From Eledone cirrhosa (lineage: Eukaryota), in the NCBI GenBank assembly GCA_964016885.1, contig OZ024743.1, positions 221,154,001-221,218,000 on the forward strand: a stretch of 64,000 nucleotides of DNA, given 5' to 3'. This document shows, in pieces, positions 39,389 to 52,868 of this stretch. How positions within the stretch are numbered: the stretch's first letter is position 1; the number at the start of each line of letters is the position of its first letter. Position numbers and translations under genes: made by a program. Under the pieces are notes generated by a model. The model was given only the letters and a program-made list of their open reading frames with translations. It was not told the origin of the DNA and searched no databases.

Positions 39389-42300
39389 TAATAAAAGGTT
39401 AAACTAAATTAAAAAATTATAATAAAAGGTTAAAATAAGTTAAAATTAATCTATAAATTAAATTACTGAATATATATTATTAGTAATATTTAAAGGTTTT
39501 TCAAAATTAATGATTACATAATATTTTCTCATCTGTAATAAAATATTAATTAAATTAAATTTATAGGTTAACTAACATTTAAATTAAATTAAATTCTAGA
39601 ATAATGTTATTAATTAGGTTTATAATATTTAAATGTTTTTTTTAGTTTATGATTACACGATATAATTAATTCCTGTCTTTTATTTAATAAGATATCCCTA
39701 GACTTCATTATTTCAAATAGTTCTTGGGAACATAATCTACATTCCTTTCTATTATTTTGATAAGGGGTGGCTCTTTTGAGCACACTCCAGGTCAAATCAT
39801 ATTTTATATTTTTATTTTTATAACTATTGATTTTTTCTGCTAGAGATGTTGTATTAGCCAGTGCGGCATTTTTAAAGCTATGTTTGTGGGTATTATACCT
39901 TGTCTTAAAATTGTTAGAGGTAGCTCCTATATATGAGCAAATAGAATCTTTAGTTTTAACATTACATTTATAGACTATGTTGTTAACAAGACAATTCCCT
40001 TTTAATGGGCAGTTTGTTTTGTTTCTACAGTTACATCCTTTCGTTAATTCCGTATTTGAGGAGATATTATTGTTAATTTGATGTACTGGTGGTATACTTA
40101 TAGTTTTCTTACATTTATATGCATTATATGCACTTATATTTTGTTTTATGTTATTTGTTGTAGAATATGAGAATTTAACTGTAGACCTATTTAAGATTTG
40201 ATGGTATTTGTGGTTTGGCGGGAAGTTTTTCTCAAGGATATAAAAAAATTTTTTAGCAATATTATCCTTAACTTGTAAATTAAAAGGAGCATTATACCAA
40301 GTAACTCGTCTATTACGGTTTCTATGTTGTTTATTATTTTTATTATTTTTATATGTTGTATCATGATTTTTACTAGGAGGAATAATGTTAATGATCTCAC
40401 CACAACTATTTTTAGTTATATTTGTAGATTTAGGTGTTTTATCTTTTTTATTAGGAGTTTTATTATTAATATTTATTATAGTCTTATGATGAGTAGTTTT
40501 TTGAGGGTTACTATACTTTATATTAGAAGATTTAGTATTTTGGGGTATACTGTGGGTGGCATTTAGGTGTGTACCTTTCATTTGGTGTTTGTTGGTAATA
40601 TTATGCTGTATGTTTTCAGTATTTTTAGTAGAAGTTATATACTCTAATCTATTTTTGTGGCCACTTCTATCTAGAGCTTCATTATAAAAGGTCGCATTTT
40701 TATCAAATACATCTTGGTTAGAAGAAAGGTTAGAAATTCTAAGTGATATATTATATGCAAGGTTTTTAAGGATAGATTTAGGGTGATTAGATTGTGAGTG
40801 TATGTAATGTAAGTTTTGGTTAGGTTTATGGTAAGGTTGGTATATACCCGTAGCTAAATCTAAAGTTATATCTAGGAAATTTACTACTTTACTTGTTTTT
40901 TCAAAAGTAATATTAAGATTATAATAGTCCTTAAGGAAAGTTCTAATATGCTTTTTGTTTTTTTCGATTTCTGAAAGGCTAAGGTTGTTAGAAAGAAGAA
41001 GACAGTCATCACGATATAAACCACCTTTGAGGTGGGGAAAAGAGGCATTTATGTTGAAAAGGAGAAAGAGGCCCACAAGATCAGTAATTTGGGCAGAATC
41101 GCTTGAACCCATAGTAATATCAAAAAGATTACTATAAGTGTTTCTGGTCCAGTATTCATTCTGAAATTCAATAAGTGTTTGTCTAGCATGTGTAATAATG
41201 TTAATGTCATCCGAAGTTAAATTAGATCTATTTTTAGCAAAAATTAATGCTTTGTTCAGGAGTATGGGTGATATAGAAGAATAATAGTTATCTATATCAA
41301 ACTGTAGGAAAGAAGCAGAAGATTTACACCTAATATTTTTAAACCAATTAATTACCTGGGAGGTGTTTTCCCAGAGTGGTAAAATAACGTATTTTCTTAT
41401 TTGTGGGATGACTCTATCTAAAATTTTTTTGCTAATTATTCCAATATCTGATTTGGAGGGACATATAAGTCTAATAGAAGGATTAGAGTTAAAGTTAGAT
41501 TTGTGATCTTTCAGGTTGAAGTGTGGACTTCTCAATGCCAAAGGTTCAGTTCTATCTTCAATATTTAGTTTTTTTACTATGTTGTGTGTTTTGTTGTTGA
41601 TGTTGGTGAGTGACGCATTATTAGATTTTTTATAACTTTTTCTGAGTTCTTTATATATGAACTCATTATAATGTTCAATATCCATATGATACAAGTTACC
41701 AGTTTTGTCCGAGTGGACATGGATTTTTTTAGACTTTTTTAGGTCCAATAGGGTAGAATCAAGGTCCTTTTGAAAGACGGATTTATACTTTTTAAATTTG
41801 AGATGTTTAATTAAATTAAAAAGGTCTTTCTCGAAGTCTTCAAGTAAAAAGTTGTGTGGTGGATTCTTGTAAGTGTTGAAATCATACATATATTTCCGAT
41901 CTGCTTGTTTAGATTTTCTATCAAAGTGGTAGGCTCTCCATCTAACCCTTCTGATAAAATTATTAGTTTTCTGAATCATAAGGAGTAAGAAGTCGTCCTT
42001 AGAAGGTATTGGTATGTTTTTTAAGGAGGTTCCTAAATATTGTTTTTCCATTGTGATATGGATGATGGACAATTGAAAGAGCTCAACTAAATGTATATGG
42101 GTTTACAAAATCATACATATATATATGTATATACATAAATATAAAATTAATACACACATACAGTACAAAAATACGAATATTTCCGTGAAAATAGGAGCAA
42201 AATTATGTAGATAAATCTACCAAGAGTTTACGGTAGTGTCCAATCCGTATGAAGAACTCAATGTATTCCGGATATCATGGAAAGAAGAGATGTAATGAAA

Positions 42301-43328
42301 ATCAAATTTCGGTGAAAGATAAACGGTATACAGAGTCAAGATAAAATATTAAACAAATAATGAACAAACAATTCCTTATATTAAACAAAAAAAGTTCACT
42401 ATTTAACGATCGTTTCTAGGGCATATATGTGCTATAATTGGTATGCATATTTAACAGATCTATGTACAAAATTATACAAAATTATACAAATTATCAAGAT
42501 TAAATATACATACCTAACTCATATATACGCCGTCTTCAGAAATAATGAAGTATATTTATTGATAATAACAACAATTCAAAATATCAGTTCAAAATTGACC
42601 AATGAAAACACAAAGGGTTAAAAAGCAGTTTGGTGTGTGTATATACATGTAAAACCCTACACACATTTTACAATAATGTGTGTATAATATGTATGTGCAT
42701 ACTAAAAAGATGGATGCAAATAAAAAATTTCAAGGTTAATATCTCTGTAAGCTTAATGCGCTGATAAGATACGCAATGATACTTATGTAGTCAAGCATAT
42801 AAATATATTTTTTTCATACTCACACATATCAGTATAATCACACATACATGTGCGTATATATATAAATATACACATAACCACGAACACACAAACACACACA
42901 CACACACACACCCCCCACTCACATTTATATATGTGGATATAAAATCATAAGCAAATAGAAATTAAGTCACTCACATAAACACACTGGTACACACATTTCA
43001 AGATCAAGATACAGAAATTAGGTGGGAGGGGGGGGGGAGGGGTCAGTATTAGGTTGTCAGACCAGACAGCCTAATATAAATGTATCTATAAATTATGAAA
43101 AATAAAAAAATAAAAACAATAAAATATATTACATATAATATAATGTACATACGCATACAGATATACATACACATACATACATGTACGCGCACATAGAGAT
43201 ATCTACACATACATACATACACACATACCTATACTGTCATACACACACATACATTTACACGAACATACACATACACATATAAAAAGATAAAAATACGGAC
43301 ACACACACGCGCAACACATACACACATA

Positions 43329-43362
<34 letters not shown>

Positions 43363-43483
43363 TATACATATATATACACACACACACATAGACTCATATA
43401 TATATACATACACATACATATACTTATACATAAACATATATATCCCACACTCATACCACCATGAAAACACATACAAACATCCA

Positions 43484-43530
<47 letters not shown>

Positions 43531-43622
43531 ATACACACACGTACACATATATGCATATATACATACATATATACACACATACACATATATATATATACAC
43601 ACACACATAAAATACAGACATG

Positions 43623-43653
<31 letters not shown>

Positions 43654-43745
43654 TTCATTACCCTTATATATACACATAGTATATATACATACACAACCTC
43701 ACTTATACACATATACACATAAGTTATATTACAATAATAATAAAG

Positions 43746-43800
<55 letters not shown>

Positions 43801-43921
43801 TATACATACATACACATACATATACATACATACATACACATACATACATACACCTAAATATAAACATATATAAATACACACATACGAATAAAGACATATA
43901 TTCACACATAGACACCTATAT

Positions 43922-43959
<38 letters not shown>

Positions 43960-44048
43960 ATATACACACACATACACATACATACACATATATATATATA
44001 TATACACATATATACACACGCACACACATACAGACACACATACACACT

Positions 44049-44085
<37 letters not shown>

Positions 44086-45663
44086 ATGTGAGTGTGCGCA
44101 AATACATACATATATATACACACACACATACAAACACACACAAACACATACATATGCATACATGCACACACACACACATATATCACATAGATACGAAGAT
44201 ACAGACACACATACACACTCACATATATATATATATATATATATATATGTGTATGTGAGTGTGCGCAAATACATACATATATATACACACACACATACAA
44301 ACACACACAAACACATACATATGCATACATGCACACACACACACATATATCACATAGATACGAAGATAAACATATAAATAGATAGACATACAAATATATA
44401 CAGAACCCATATACACATACATGCAAACACGCATATACATATATACATATATACACACATATATATTCCTATATACAAGCATACACATACACACACATAT
44501 ATACATATACCTACACATATATATACCACACGTTCACATACACATACATATATAATACATATATATACACATACATATACATACATATGTATGTACAATC
44601 ATATATACACACTCAATCTTACATTCATATTTACATGCTCATATATGTATTTTTATATCTAGAAATAAATACCAAAAAAAAAAAAAACTATATAGACACC
44701 CATCTACCCATATATTCATACATATACACTTACAAAAACAGATGATAATAGTATGGGGGAAAGGGGGGGGTTTGGAGAAGGGGATCAAAGTAAATATATG
44801 TTTCAAGAAACCTATAATATTTTCCATATCTTAATTCAATGTATGTTCTTACATATTTTCAATGCTAGGAAATACGAAATCTATGCATCACAAAATAAAA
44901 AAGTATACCATTAATCATATGTCAACTAAACCAAAGATAGTCAACATATTGATTTCCAAGGTGTAAATTAGTTAGGTTTATAATATTTGAAGCAGAATTA
45001 TGAAGTCAAACAGTAGTAGATTATAAATTACATTATAACTAAATTAAAGTTAATAATAGGGAAAAGAAACCCAAATAAAAATAAAATAAAGTATTACATC
45101 GGTAGTAGCATATAAATTATATGTTAACTAAGTTAAAAATTATATATTTATTTCAATAGTATATGTTAATTAGTATATGTTAATTAGGTATACAATACAT
45201 AAAGCAGATATTGTATTTCATCAATAGCATAATATAATTATATGCAAATAAAAATCAAAATTAATACGCATACACATACATATACATACACATACACATA
45301 CATATACATATACATACACATATATATATATATATATATACATATATATACACACATACATACATATATAGTCACATAAATATACATACAGATACACATA
45401 CAATACACACATATACATATACATATAGATATACATATCTTTTTCAAAAAATTTGCACAGAATATATTAACTAGGTATATATCCAAAAACACCTCCCATT
45501 CTATGATTACATGAAATTCTGCAATTCGTCTGTACAAGGATACTAATTTTAAGCAAATTAAAATTAAAATTAAAGTTTTAGGTTGATTAAAGCTAAAACC
45601 AAATAATAAATATATTTCCAAAATGTATATTAAATAGGTCAATAATACTAAAAATTCTTTCTC
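35968..45663 (-). mobile_element. inverted arm of the Naiad-type PLE concatemer (~1.5 units)
   Basis: Reverse complement of the plus-strand units, with an internal period of 6373 bp (36054 versus 42427). Abuts (TA)n on the left. Confidence 0.93.
39610..42051 (-). CDS. Naiad-type PLE RT + GIY-YIG polyprotein, copy 1 (813 aa from ATG)
   Basis: Motifs SLKNIPIPS, FIRRVRWRA, SDKT, LKDHK, RLICPSKSDIG, FDIDNYYSSI, TMGS, LYRDD, NFLD, WYNAPF, CNCR..CPLKGNC, NIVYKC..SYIGAT, CRLC and LNKRQEL. Confidence 0.95.
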   Translation of the reverse strand: MEKQYLGTSLKNIPIPSKDDFLLLMIQKTNNFIRRVRWRAYHFDRKSKQADRKYMYDFNTYKNPPHNFLLEDFEKDLFNLIKHLKFKKYKSVFQKDLDSTLLDLKKSKKIHVHSDKTGNLYHMDIEHYNEFIYKELRKSYKKSNNASLTNINNKTHNIVKKLNIEDRTEPLALRSPHFNLKDHKSNFNSNPSIRLICPSKSDIGIISKKILDRVIPQIRKYVILPLWENTSQVINWFKNIRCKSSASFLQFDIDNYYSSISPILLNKALIFAKNRSNLTSDDINIITHARQTLIEFQNEYWTRNTYSNLFDITMGSSDSAQITDLVGLFLLFNINASFPHLKGGLYRDDCLLLSNNLSLSEIEKNKKHIRTFLKDYYNLNITFEKTSKVVNFLDITLDLATGIYQPYHKPNQNLHYIHSQSNHPKSILKNLAYNISLRISNLSSNQDVFDKNATFYNEALDRSGHKNRLEYITSTKNTENIQHNITNKHQMKGTHLNATHSIPQNTKSSNIKYSNPQKTTHHKTIININNKTPNKKDKTPKSTNITKNSCGEIINIIPPSKNHDTTYKNNKNNKQHRNRNRRVTWYNAPFNLQVKDNIAKKFFYILEKNFPPNHKYHQILNRSTVKFSYSTTNNIKQNISAYNAYKCKKTISIPPVHQINNNISSNTELTKGCNCRNKTNCPLKGNCLVNNIVYKCNVKTKDSICSYIGATSNNFKTRYNTHKHSFKNAALANTTSLAEKINSYKNKNIKYDLTWSVLKRATPYQNNRKECRLCSQELFEIMKSRDILLNKRQELIISCNHKLKKTFKYYKPN

Positions 45664-46493
45664 GTGGTTATGTGTATATTTATATATATACGCACATGTA
45701 TGTGTGATTATACTGATATGTGTGAGTATGAAAAAAATATATTTATATGCTTGACTACATAAGTATCATTGCGTATCTTATCAGCGCATTAAGCTTACAG
45801 AGATATTAACCTTGAAATTTTTTATTTGCATCCATCTTTTTAGTATGCACATACATATTATACACACATTATTGTAAAATGTGTGTAGGGTTTTACATGT
45901 ATATACACACACCAAACTGCTTTTTAACCCTTTGTGTTTTCATTGGTCAATTTTGAACTGATATTTTGAATTGTTGTTATTATCAATAAATATACTTCAT
46001 TATTTCTGAAGACGGCGTATATATGAGTTAGGTATGTATATTTAATCTTGATAATTTGTATAATTTTGTATAATTTTGTACATAGATCTGTTAAATATGC
46101 ATACCAATTATAGCACATATATGCCCTAGAAACGATCGTTAAATAGTGAACTTTTTTTGTTTAATATAAGGAATTGTTTGTTCATTATTTGTTTAATATT
46201 TTATCTTGACTCTGTATACCGTTTATCTTTCACCGAAATTTGATTTTCATTACATCTCTTCTTTCCATGATATCCGGAATACATTGAGTTCTTCATACGG
46301 ATTGGACACTACCGTAAACTCTTGGTAGATTTATCTACATAATTTTGCTCCTATTTTCACGGAAATATTCGTATTTTTGTACTGTATGTGTGTATTAATT
46401 TTATATTTATGTATATACATATATATATGTATGATTTTGTAAACCCATATACATTTAGTTGAGCTCTTTCAATTGTCCATCATCCATATCACA

Positions 46494-48935
46494 ATGGAAA
46501 AACAATATTTAGGAACCTCCTTAAAAAACATACCAATACCTTCTAAGGACGACTTCTTACTCCTTATGATTCAGAAAACTAATAATTTTATCAGAAGGGT
46601 TAGATGGAGAGCCTACCACTTTGATAGAAAATCTAAACAAGCAGATCGGAAATATATGTATGATTTCAACACTTACAAGAATCCACCACACAACTTTTTA
46701 CTTGAAGACTTCGAGAAAGACCTTTTTAATTTAATTAAACATCTCAAATTTAAAAAGTATAAATCCGTCTTTCAAAAGGACCTTGATTCTACCCTATTGG
46801 ACCTAAAAAAGTCTAAAAAAATCCATGTCCACTCGGACAAAACTGGTAACTTGTATCATATGGATATTGAACATTATAATGAGTTCATATATAAAGAACT
46901 CAGAAAAAGTTATAAAAAATCTAATAATGCGTCACTCACCAACATCAACAACAAAACACACAACATAGTAAAAAAACTAAATATTGAAGATAGAACTGAA
47001 CCTTTGGCATTGAGAAGTCCACACTTCAACCTGAAAGATCACAAATCTAACTTTAACTCTAATCCTTCTATTAGACTTATATGTCCCTCCAAATCAGATA
47101 TTGGAATAATTAGCAAAAAAATTTTAGATAGAGTCATCCCACAAATAAGAAAATACGTTATTTTACCACTCTGGGAAAACACCTCCCAGGTAATTAATTG
47201 GTTTAAAAATATTAGGTGTAAATCTTCTGCTTCTTTCCTACAGTTTGATATAGATAACTATTATTCTTCTATATCACCCATACTCCTGAACAAAGCATTA
47301 ATTTTTGCTAAAAATAGATCTAATTTAACTTCGGATGACATTAACATTATTACACATGCTAGACAAACACTTATTGAATTTCAGAATGAATACTGGACCA
47401 GAAACACTTATAGTAATCTTTTTGATATTACTATGGGTTCAAGCGATTCTGCCCAAATTACTGATCTTGTGGGCCTCTTTCTCCTTTTCAACATAAATGC
47501 CTCTTTTCCCCACCTCAAAGGTGGTTTATATCGTGATGACTGTCTTCTTCTTTCTAACAACCTTAGCCTTTCAGAAATCGAAAAAAACAAAAAGCATATT
47601 AGAACTTTCCTTAAGGACTATTATAATCTTAATATTACTTTTGAAAAAACAAGTAAAGTAGTAAATTTCCTAGATATAACTTTAGATTTAGCTACGGGTA
47701 TATACCAACCTTACCATAAACCTAACCAAAACTTACATTACATACACTCACAATCTAATCACCCTAAATCTATCCTTAAAAACCTTGCATATAATATATC
47801 ACTTAGAATTTCTAACCTTTCTTCTAACCAAGATGTATTTGATAAAAATGCGACCTTTTATAATGAAGCTCTAGATAGAAGTGGCCACAAAAATAGATTA
47901 GAGTATATAACTTCTACTAAAAATACTGAAAACATACAGCATAATATTACCAACAAACACCAAATGAAAGGTACACACCTAAATGCCACCCACAGTATAC
48001 CCCAAAATACTAAATCTTCTAATATAAAGTATAGTAACCCTCAAAAAACTACTCATCATAAGACTATAATAAATATTAATAATAAAACTCCTAATAAAAA
48101 AGATAAAACACCTAAATCTACAAATATAACTAAAAATAGTTGTGGTGAGATCATTAACATTATTCCTCCTAGTAAAAATCATGATACAACATATAAAAAT
48201 AATAAAAATAATAAACAACATAGAAACCGTAATAGACGAGTTACTTGGTATAATGCTCCTTTTAATTTACAAGTTAAGGATAATATTGCTAAAAAATTTT
48301 TTTATATCCTTGAGAAAAACTTCCCGCCAAACCACAAATACCATCAAATCTTAAATAGGTCTACAGTTAAATTCTCATATTCTACAACAAATAACATAAA
48401 ACAAAATATAAGTGCATATAATGCATATAAATGTAAGAAAACTATAAGTATACCACCAGTACATCAAATTAACAATAATATCTCCTCAAATACGGAATTA
48501 ACGAAAGGATGTAACTGTAGAAACAAAACAAACTGCCCATTAAAAGGGAATTGTCTTGTTAACAACATAGTCTATAAATGTAATGTTAAAACTAAAGATT
48601 CTATTTGCTCATATATAGGAGCTACCTCTAACAATTTTAAGACAAGGTATAATACCCACAAACATAGCTTTAAAAATGCCGCACTGGCTAATACAACATC
48701 TCTAGCAGAAAAAATCAATAGTTATAAAAATAAAAATATAAAATATGATTTGACCTGGAGTGTGCTCAAAAGAGCCACCCCTTATCAAAATAATAGAAAG
48801 GAATGTAGATTATGTTCCCAAGAACTATTTGAAATAATGAAGTCTAGGGATATCTTATTAAATAAAAGACAGGAATTAATTATATCGTGTAATCATAAAC
48901 TAAAAAAAACATTTAAATATTATAAACCTAATTAA
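46494..48935 (+). CDS. Naiad-type PLE RT + GIY-YIG polyprotein, copy 2
   Basis: Protein identical to copy 1 in the ORF track. First ATG at 46494. Confidence 0.95.
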   Translation: MEKQYLGTSLKNIPIPSKDDFLLLMIQKTNNFIRRVRWRAYHFDRKSKQADRKYMYDFNTYKNPPHNFLLEDFEKDLFNLIKHLKFKKYKSVFQKDLDSTLLDLKKSKKIHVHSDKTGNLYHMDIEHYNEFIYKELRKSYKKSNNASLTNINNKTHNIVKKLNIEDRTEPLALRSPHFNLKDHKSNFNSNPSIRLICPSKSDIGIISKKILDRVIPQIRKYVILPLWENTSQVINWFKNIRCKSSASFLQFDIDNYYSSISPILLNKALIFAKNRSNLTSDDINIITHARQTLIEFQNEYWTRNTYSNLFDITMGSSDSAQITDLVGLFLLFNINASFPHLKGGLYRDDCLLLSNNLSLSEIEKNKKHIRTFLKDYYNLNITFEKTSKVVNFLDITLDLATGIYQPYHKPNQNLHYIHSQSNHPKSILKNLAYNISLRISNLSSNQDVFDKNATFYNEALDRSGHKNRLEYITSTKNTENIQHNITNKHQMKGTHLNATHSIPQNTKSSNIKYSNPQKTTHHKTIININNKTPNKKDKTPKSTNITKNSCGEIINIIPPSKNHDTTYKNNKNNKQHRNRNRRVTWYNAPFNLQVKDNIAKKFFYILEKNFPPNHKYHQILNRSTVKFSYSTTNNIKQNISAYNAYKCKKTISIPPVHQINNNISSNTELTKGCNCRNKTNCPLKGNCLVNNIVYKCNVKTKDSICSYIGATSNNFKTRYNTHKHSFKNAALANTTSLAEKINSYKNKNIKYDLTWSVLKRATPYQNNRKECRLCSQELFEIMKSRDILLNKRQELIISCNHKLKKTFKYYKPN

Positions 48936-50214
48936 TAACATTATTCTAGAATTTAATTTAATTTAAATGTTAGTTAACCTATAAATTTAATTTAATTAAT
49001 ATTTTATTACAGATGAGAAAATATTATGTAATCATTAATTTTGAAAAACCTTTAAATATTACTAATAATATATATTCAGTAATTTAATTTATAGATTAAT
49101 TTTAACTTATTTTAACCTTTTATTATAATTTTTTAATTTAGTTTAACCTTTTATTATAAAATTTTTTTTTTTTTTTTTTTTTTTTTATTATAATTCTTTT
49201 ACAGATAAAATATAACAAAATAATATCATGTATCCTATGACGGAGAAAGAATTTTTAGTATTATTGACCTATTTAATATACATTTTGGAAATATATTTAT
49301 TATTTGGTTTTAGCTTTAATCAACCTAAAACTTTAATTTTAATTTTAATTTGCTTAAAATTAGTATCCTTGTACAGACGAATTGCAGAATTTCATGTAAT
49401 CATAGAATGGGAGGTGTTTTTGGATATATACCTAGTTAATATATTCTGTGCAAATTTTTTGAAAAAGATATGTATATCTATATGTATATGTATATGTGTG
49501 TATTGTATGTGTATCTGTATGTATATTTATGTGACTATATATGTATGTATGTGTGTATATATATGTATATATATATATATATATGTGTATGTATATGTAT
49601 ATGTATGTGTATGTGTATGTATATGTATGTGTATGCGTATTAATTTTGATTTTTATTTGCATATAATTATATTATGCTATTGATGAAATACAATATCTGC
49701 TTTATGTATTGTATACCTAATTAACATATACTAATTAACATATACTATTGAAATAAATATATAATTTTTAACTTAGTTAACATATAATTTATATGCTACT
49801 ACCGATGTAATACTTTATTTTATTTTTATTTGGGTTTCTTTTCCCTATTATTAACTTTAATTTAGTTATAATGTAATTTATAATCTACTACTGTTTGACT
49901 TCATAATTCTGCTTCAAATATTATAAACCTAACTAATTTACACCTTGGAAATCAATATGTTGACTATCTTTGGTTTAGTTGACATATGATTAATGGTATA
50001 CTTTTTTATTTTGTGATGCATAGATTTCGTATTTCCTAGCATTGAAAATATGTAAGAACATACATTGAATTAAGATATGGAAAATATTATAGGTTTCTTG
50101 AAACATATATTTACTTTGATCCCCTTCTCCAAACCCCCCCCTTTCCCCCATACTATTATCATCTGTTTTTGTAAGTGTATATGTATGAATATATGGGTAG
50201 ATGGGTGTCTATAT

Positions 50215-50247
<33 letters not shown>

Positions 50248-50832
50248 GTATTTATTTCTAGATATAAAAATACATATATGAGCATGTAAATATGAATGTA
50301 AGATTGAGTGTGTATATATGATTGTACATACATATGTATGTATATGTATGTATATATATGTATTATATATGTATGTGTATGTGAACGTGTGGTATATATA
50401 TGTGTAGGTATATGTATATATGTGTGTGTATGTGTATGCTTGTATATAGGAATATATATGTGTGTATATATGTATATATGTATATGCGTGTTTGCATGTA
50501 TGTGTATATGGGTTCTGTATATATTTGTATGTCTATCTATTTATATGTTTATCTTCGTATCTATGTGATATATGTGTGTGTGTGTGCATGTATGCATATG
50601 TATGTGTTTGTGTGTGTTTGTATGTGTGTGTGTATATATATGTATGTATTTGCGCACACTCACATACACATATATATATATATATATATATATATGTGAG
50701 TGTGTATGTGTGTCTGTATCTTCGTATCTATGTGATATATGTGTGTGTGTGTGCATGTATGCATATGTATGTGTTTGTGTGTGTTTGTATGTGTGTGTGT
50801 ATATATATGTATGTATTTGCGCACACTCACAT

Positions 50833-50869
<37 letters not shown>

Positions 50870-50958
50870 AGTGTGTATGTGTGTCTGTATGTGTGTGCGT
50901 GTGTATATATGTGTATATATATATATATATGTGTATGTATGTGTATGTGTGTGTATAT

Positions 50959-50996
<38 letters not shown>

Positions 50997-51117
50997 ATAT
51001 AGGTGTCTATGTGTGAATATATGTCTTTATTCGTATGTGTGTATTTATATATGTTTATATTTAGGTGTATGTATGTATGTGTATGTATGTATGTATATGT
51101 ATGTGTATGTATGTATA

Positions 51118-51172
<55 letters not shown>

Positions 51173-51264
51173 CTTTATTATTATTGTAATATAACTTATG
51201 TGTATATGTGTATAAGTGAGGTTGTGTATGTATATATACTATGTGTATATATAAGGGTAATGAA

Positions 51265-51295
<31 letters not shown>

Positions 51296-51387
51296 CATGT
51301 CTGTATTTTATGTGTGTGTGTATATATATATATGTGTATGTGTGTATATATGTATGTATATATGCATATATGTGTACGTGTGTGTAT

Positions 51388-51434
<47 letters not shown>

Positions 51435-51555
51435 TGGATGTTTGTATGTGTTTTCATGGTGGTATGAGTGTGGGATATATATGTTTATGTATAAGTATAT
51501 GTATGTGTATGTATATATATATGAGTCTATGTGTGTGTGTGTATATATATGTATA

Positions 51556-51589
<34 letters not shown>

Positions 51590-52868
51590 TATGTGTGTAT
51601 GTGTTGCGCGTGTGTGTGTCCGTATTTTTATCTTTTTATATGTGTATGTGTATGTTCGTGTAAATGTATGTGTGTGTATGACAGTATAGGTATGTGTGTA
51701 TGTATGTATGTGTAGATATCTCTATGTGCGCGTACATGTATGTATGTGTATGTATATCTGTATGCGTATGTACATTATATTATATGTAATATATTTTATT
51801 GTTTTTATTTTTTTATTTTTCATAATTTATAGATACATTTATATTAGGCTGTCTGGTCTGACAACCTAATACTGACCCCTCCCCCCCCCCCCTCCCACCT
51901 AATTTCTGTATCTTGATCTTGAAATGTGTGTACCAGTGTGTTTATGTGAGTGACTTAATTTCTATTTGCTTATGATTTTATATCCACATATATAAATGTG
52001 AGTGGGGGGTGTGTGTGTGTGTGTGTGTTTGTGTGTTCGTGGTTATGTGTATATTTATATATATACGCACATGTATGTGTGATTATACTGATATGTGTGA
52101 GTATGAAAAAAATATATTTATATGCTTGACTACATAAGTATCATTGCGTATCTTATCAGCGCATTAAGCTTACAGAGATATTAACCTTGAAATTTTTTAT
52201 TTGCATCCATCTTTTTAGTATGCACATACATATTATACACACATTATTGTAAAATGTGTGTAGGGTTTTACATGTATATACACACACCAAACTGCTTTTT
52301 AACCCTTTGTGTTTTCATTGGTCAATTTTGAACTGATATTTTGAATTGTTGTTATTATCAATAAATATACTTCATTATTTCTGAAGACGGCGTATATATG
52401 AGTTAGGTATGTATATTTAATCTTGATAATTTGTATAATTTTGTATAATTTTGTACATAGATCTGTTAAATATGCATACCAATTATAGCACATATATGCC
52501 CTAGAAACGATCGTTAAATAGTGAACTTTTTTTGTTTAATATAAGGAATTGTTTGTTCATTATTTGTTTAATATTTTATCTTGACTCTGTATACCGTTTA
52601 TCTTTCACCGAAATTGGATTTTCATTACATCTCTTCTTTCCATGATATCCGGAATACATTGAGTTCTTCATACGGATTGGACACTACCGTAAACTCTTGG
52701 TAGATTTATCTACATAATTTTGCTCCTATTTTCACGGAAATATTCGTATTTTTGTACTGTATGTGTGTATTAATTTTATATTTATGTATATACATATATA
52801 TATGTATGATTTTGTAAACCCATATACATTTAGTTGAGCTCTTTCAATTGTCCATCATCCATATCACA

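Noticed and set aside
45924-46118. Recurrent 64 aa and 151 aa ORFs in each Naiad unit as accessory genes
   Set aside because: AT-rich or microsatellite-derived with no motifs. They recur only because the units are identical.
46494-48935. Selenoprotein Naiad (in-frame UGA plus SECIS, known from some Naiads)
   Set aside because: The ORF is uninterrupted, ends in TAA and needs no UGA recoding.
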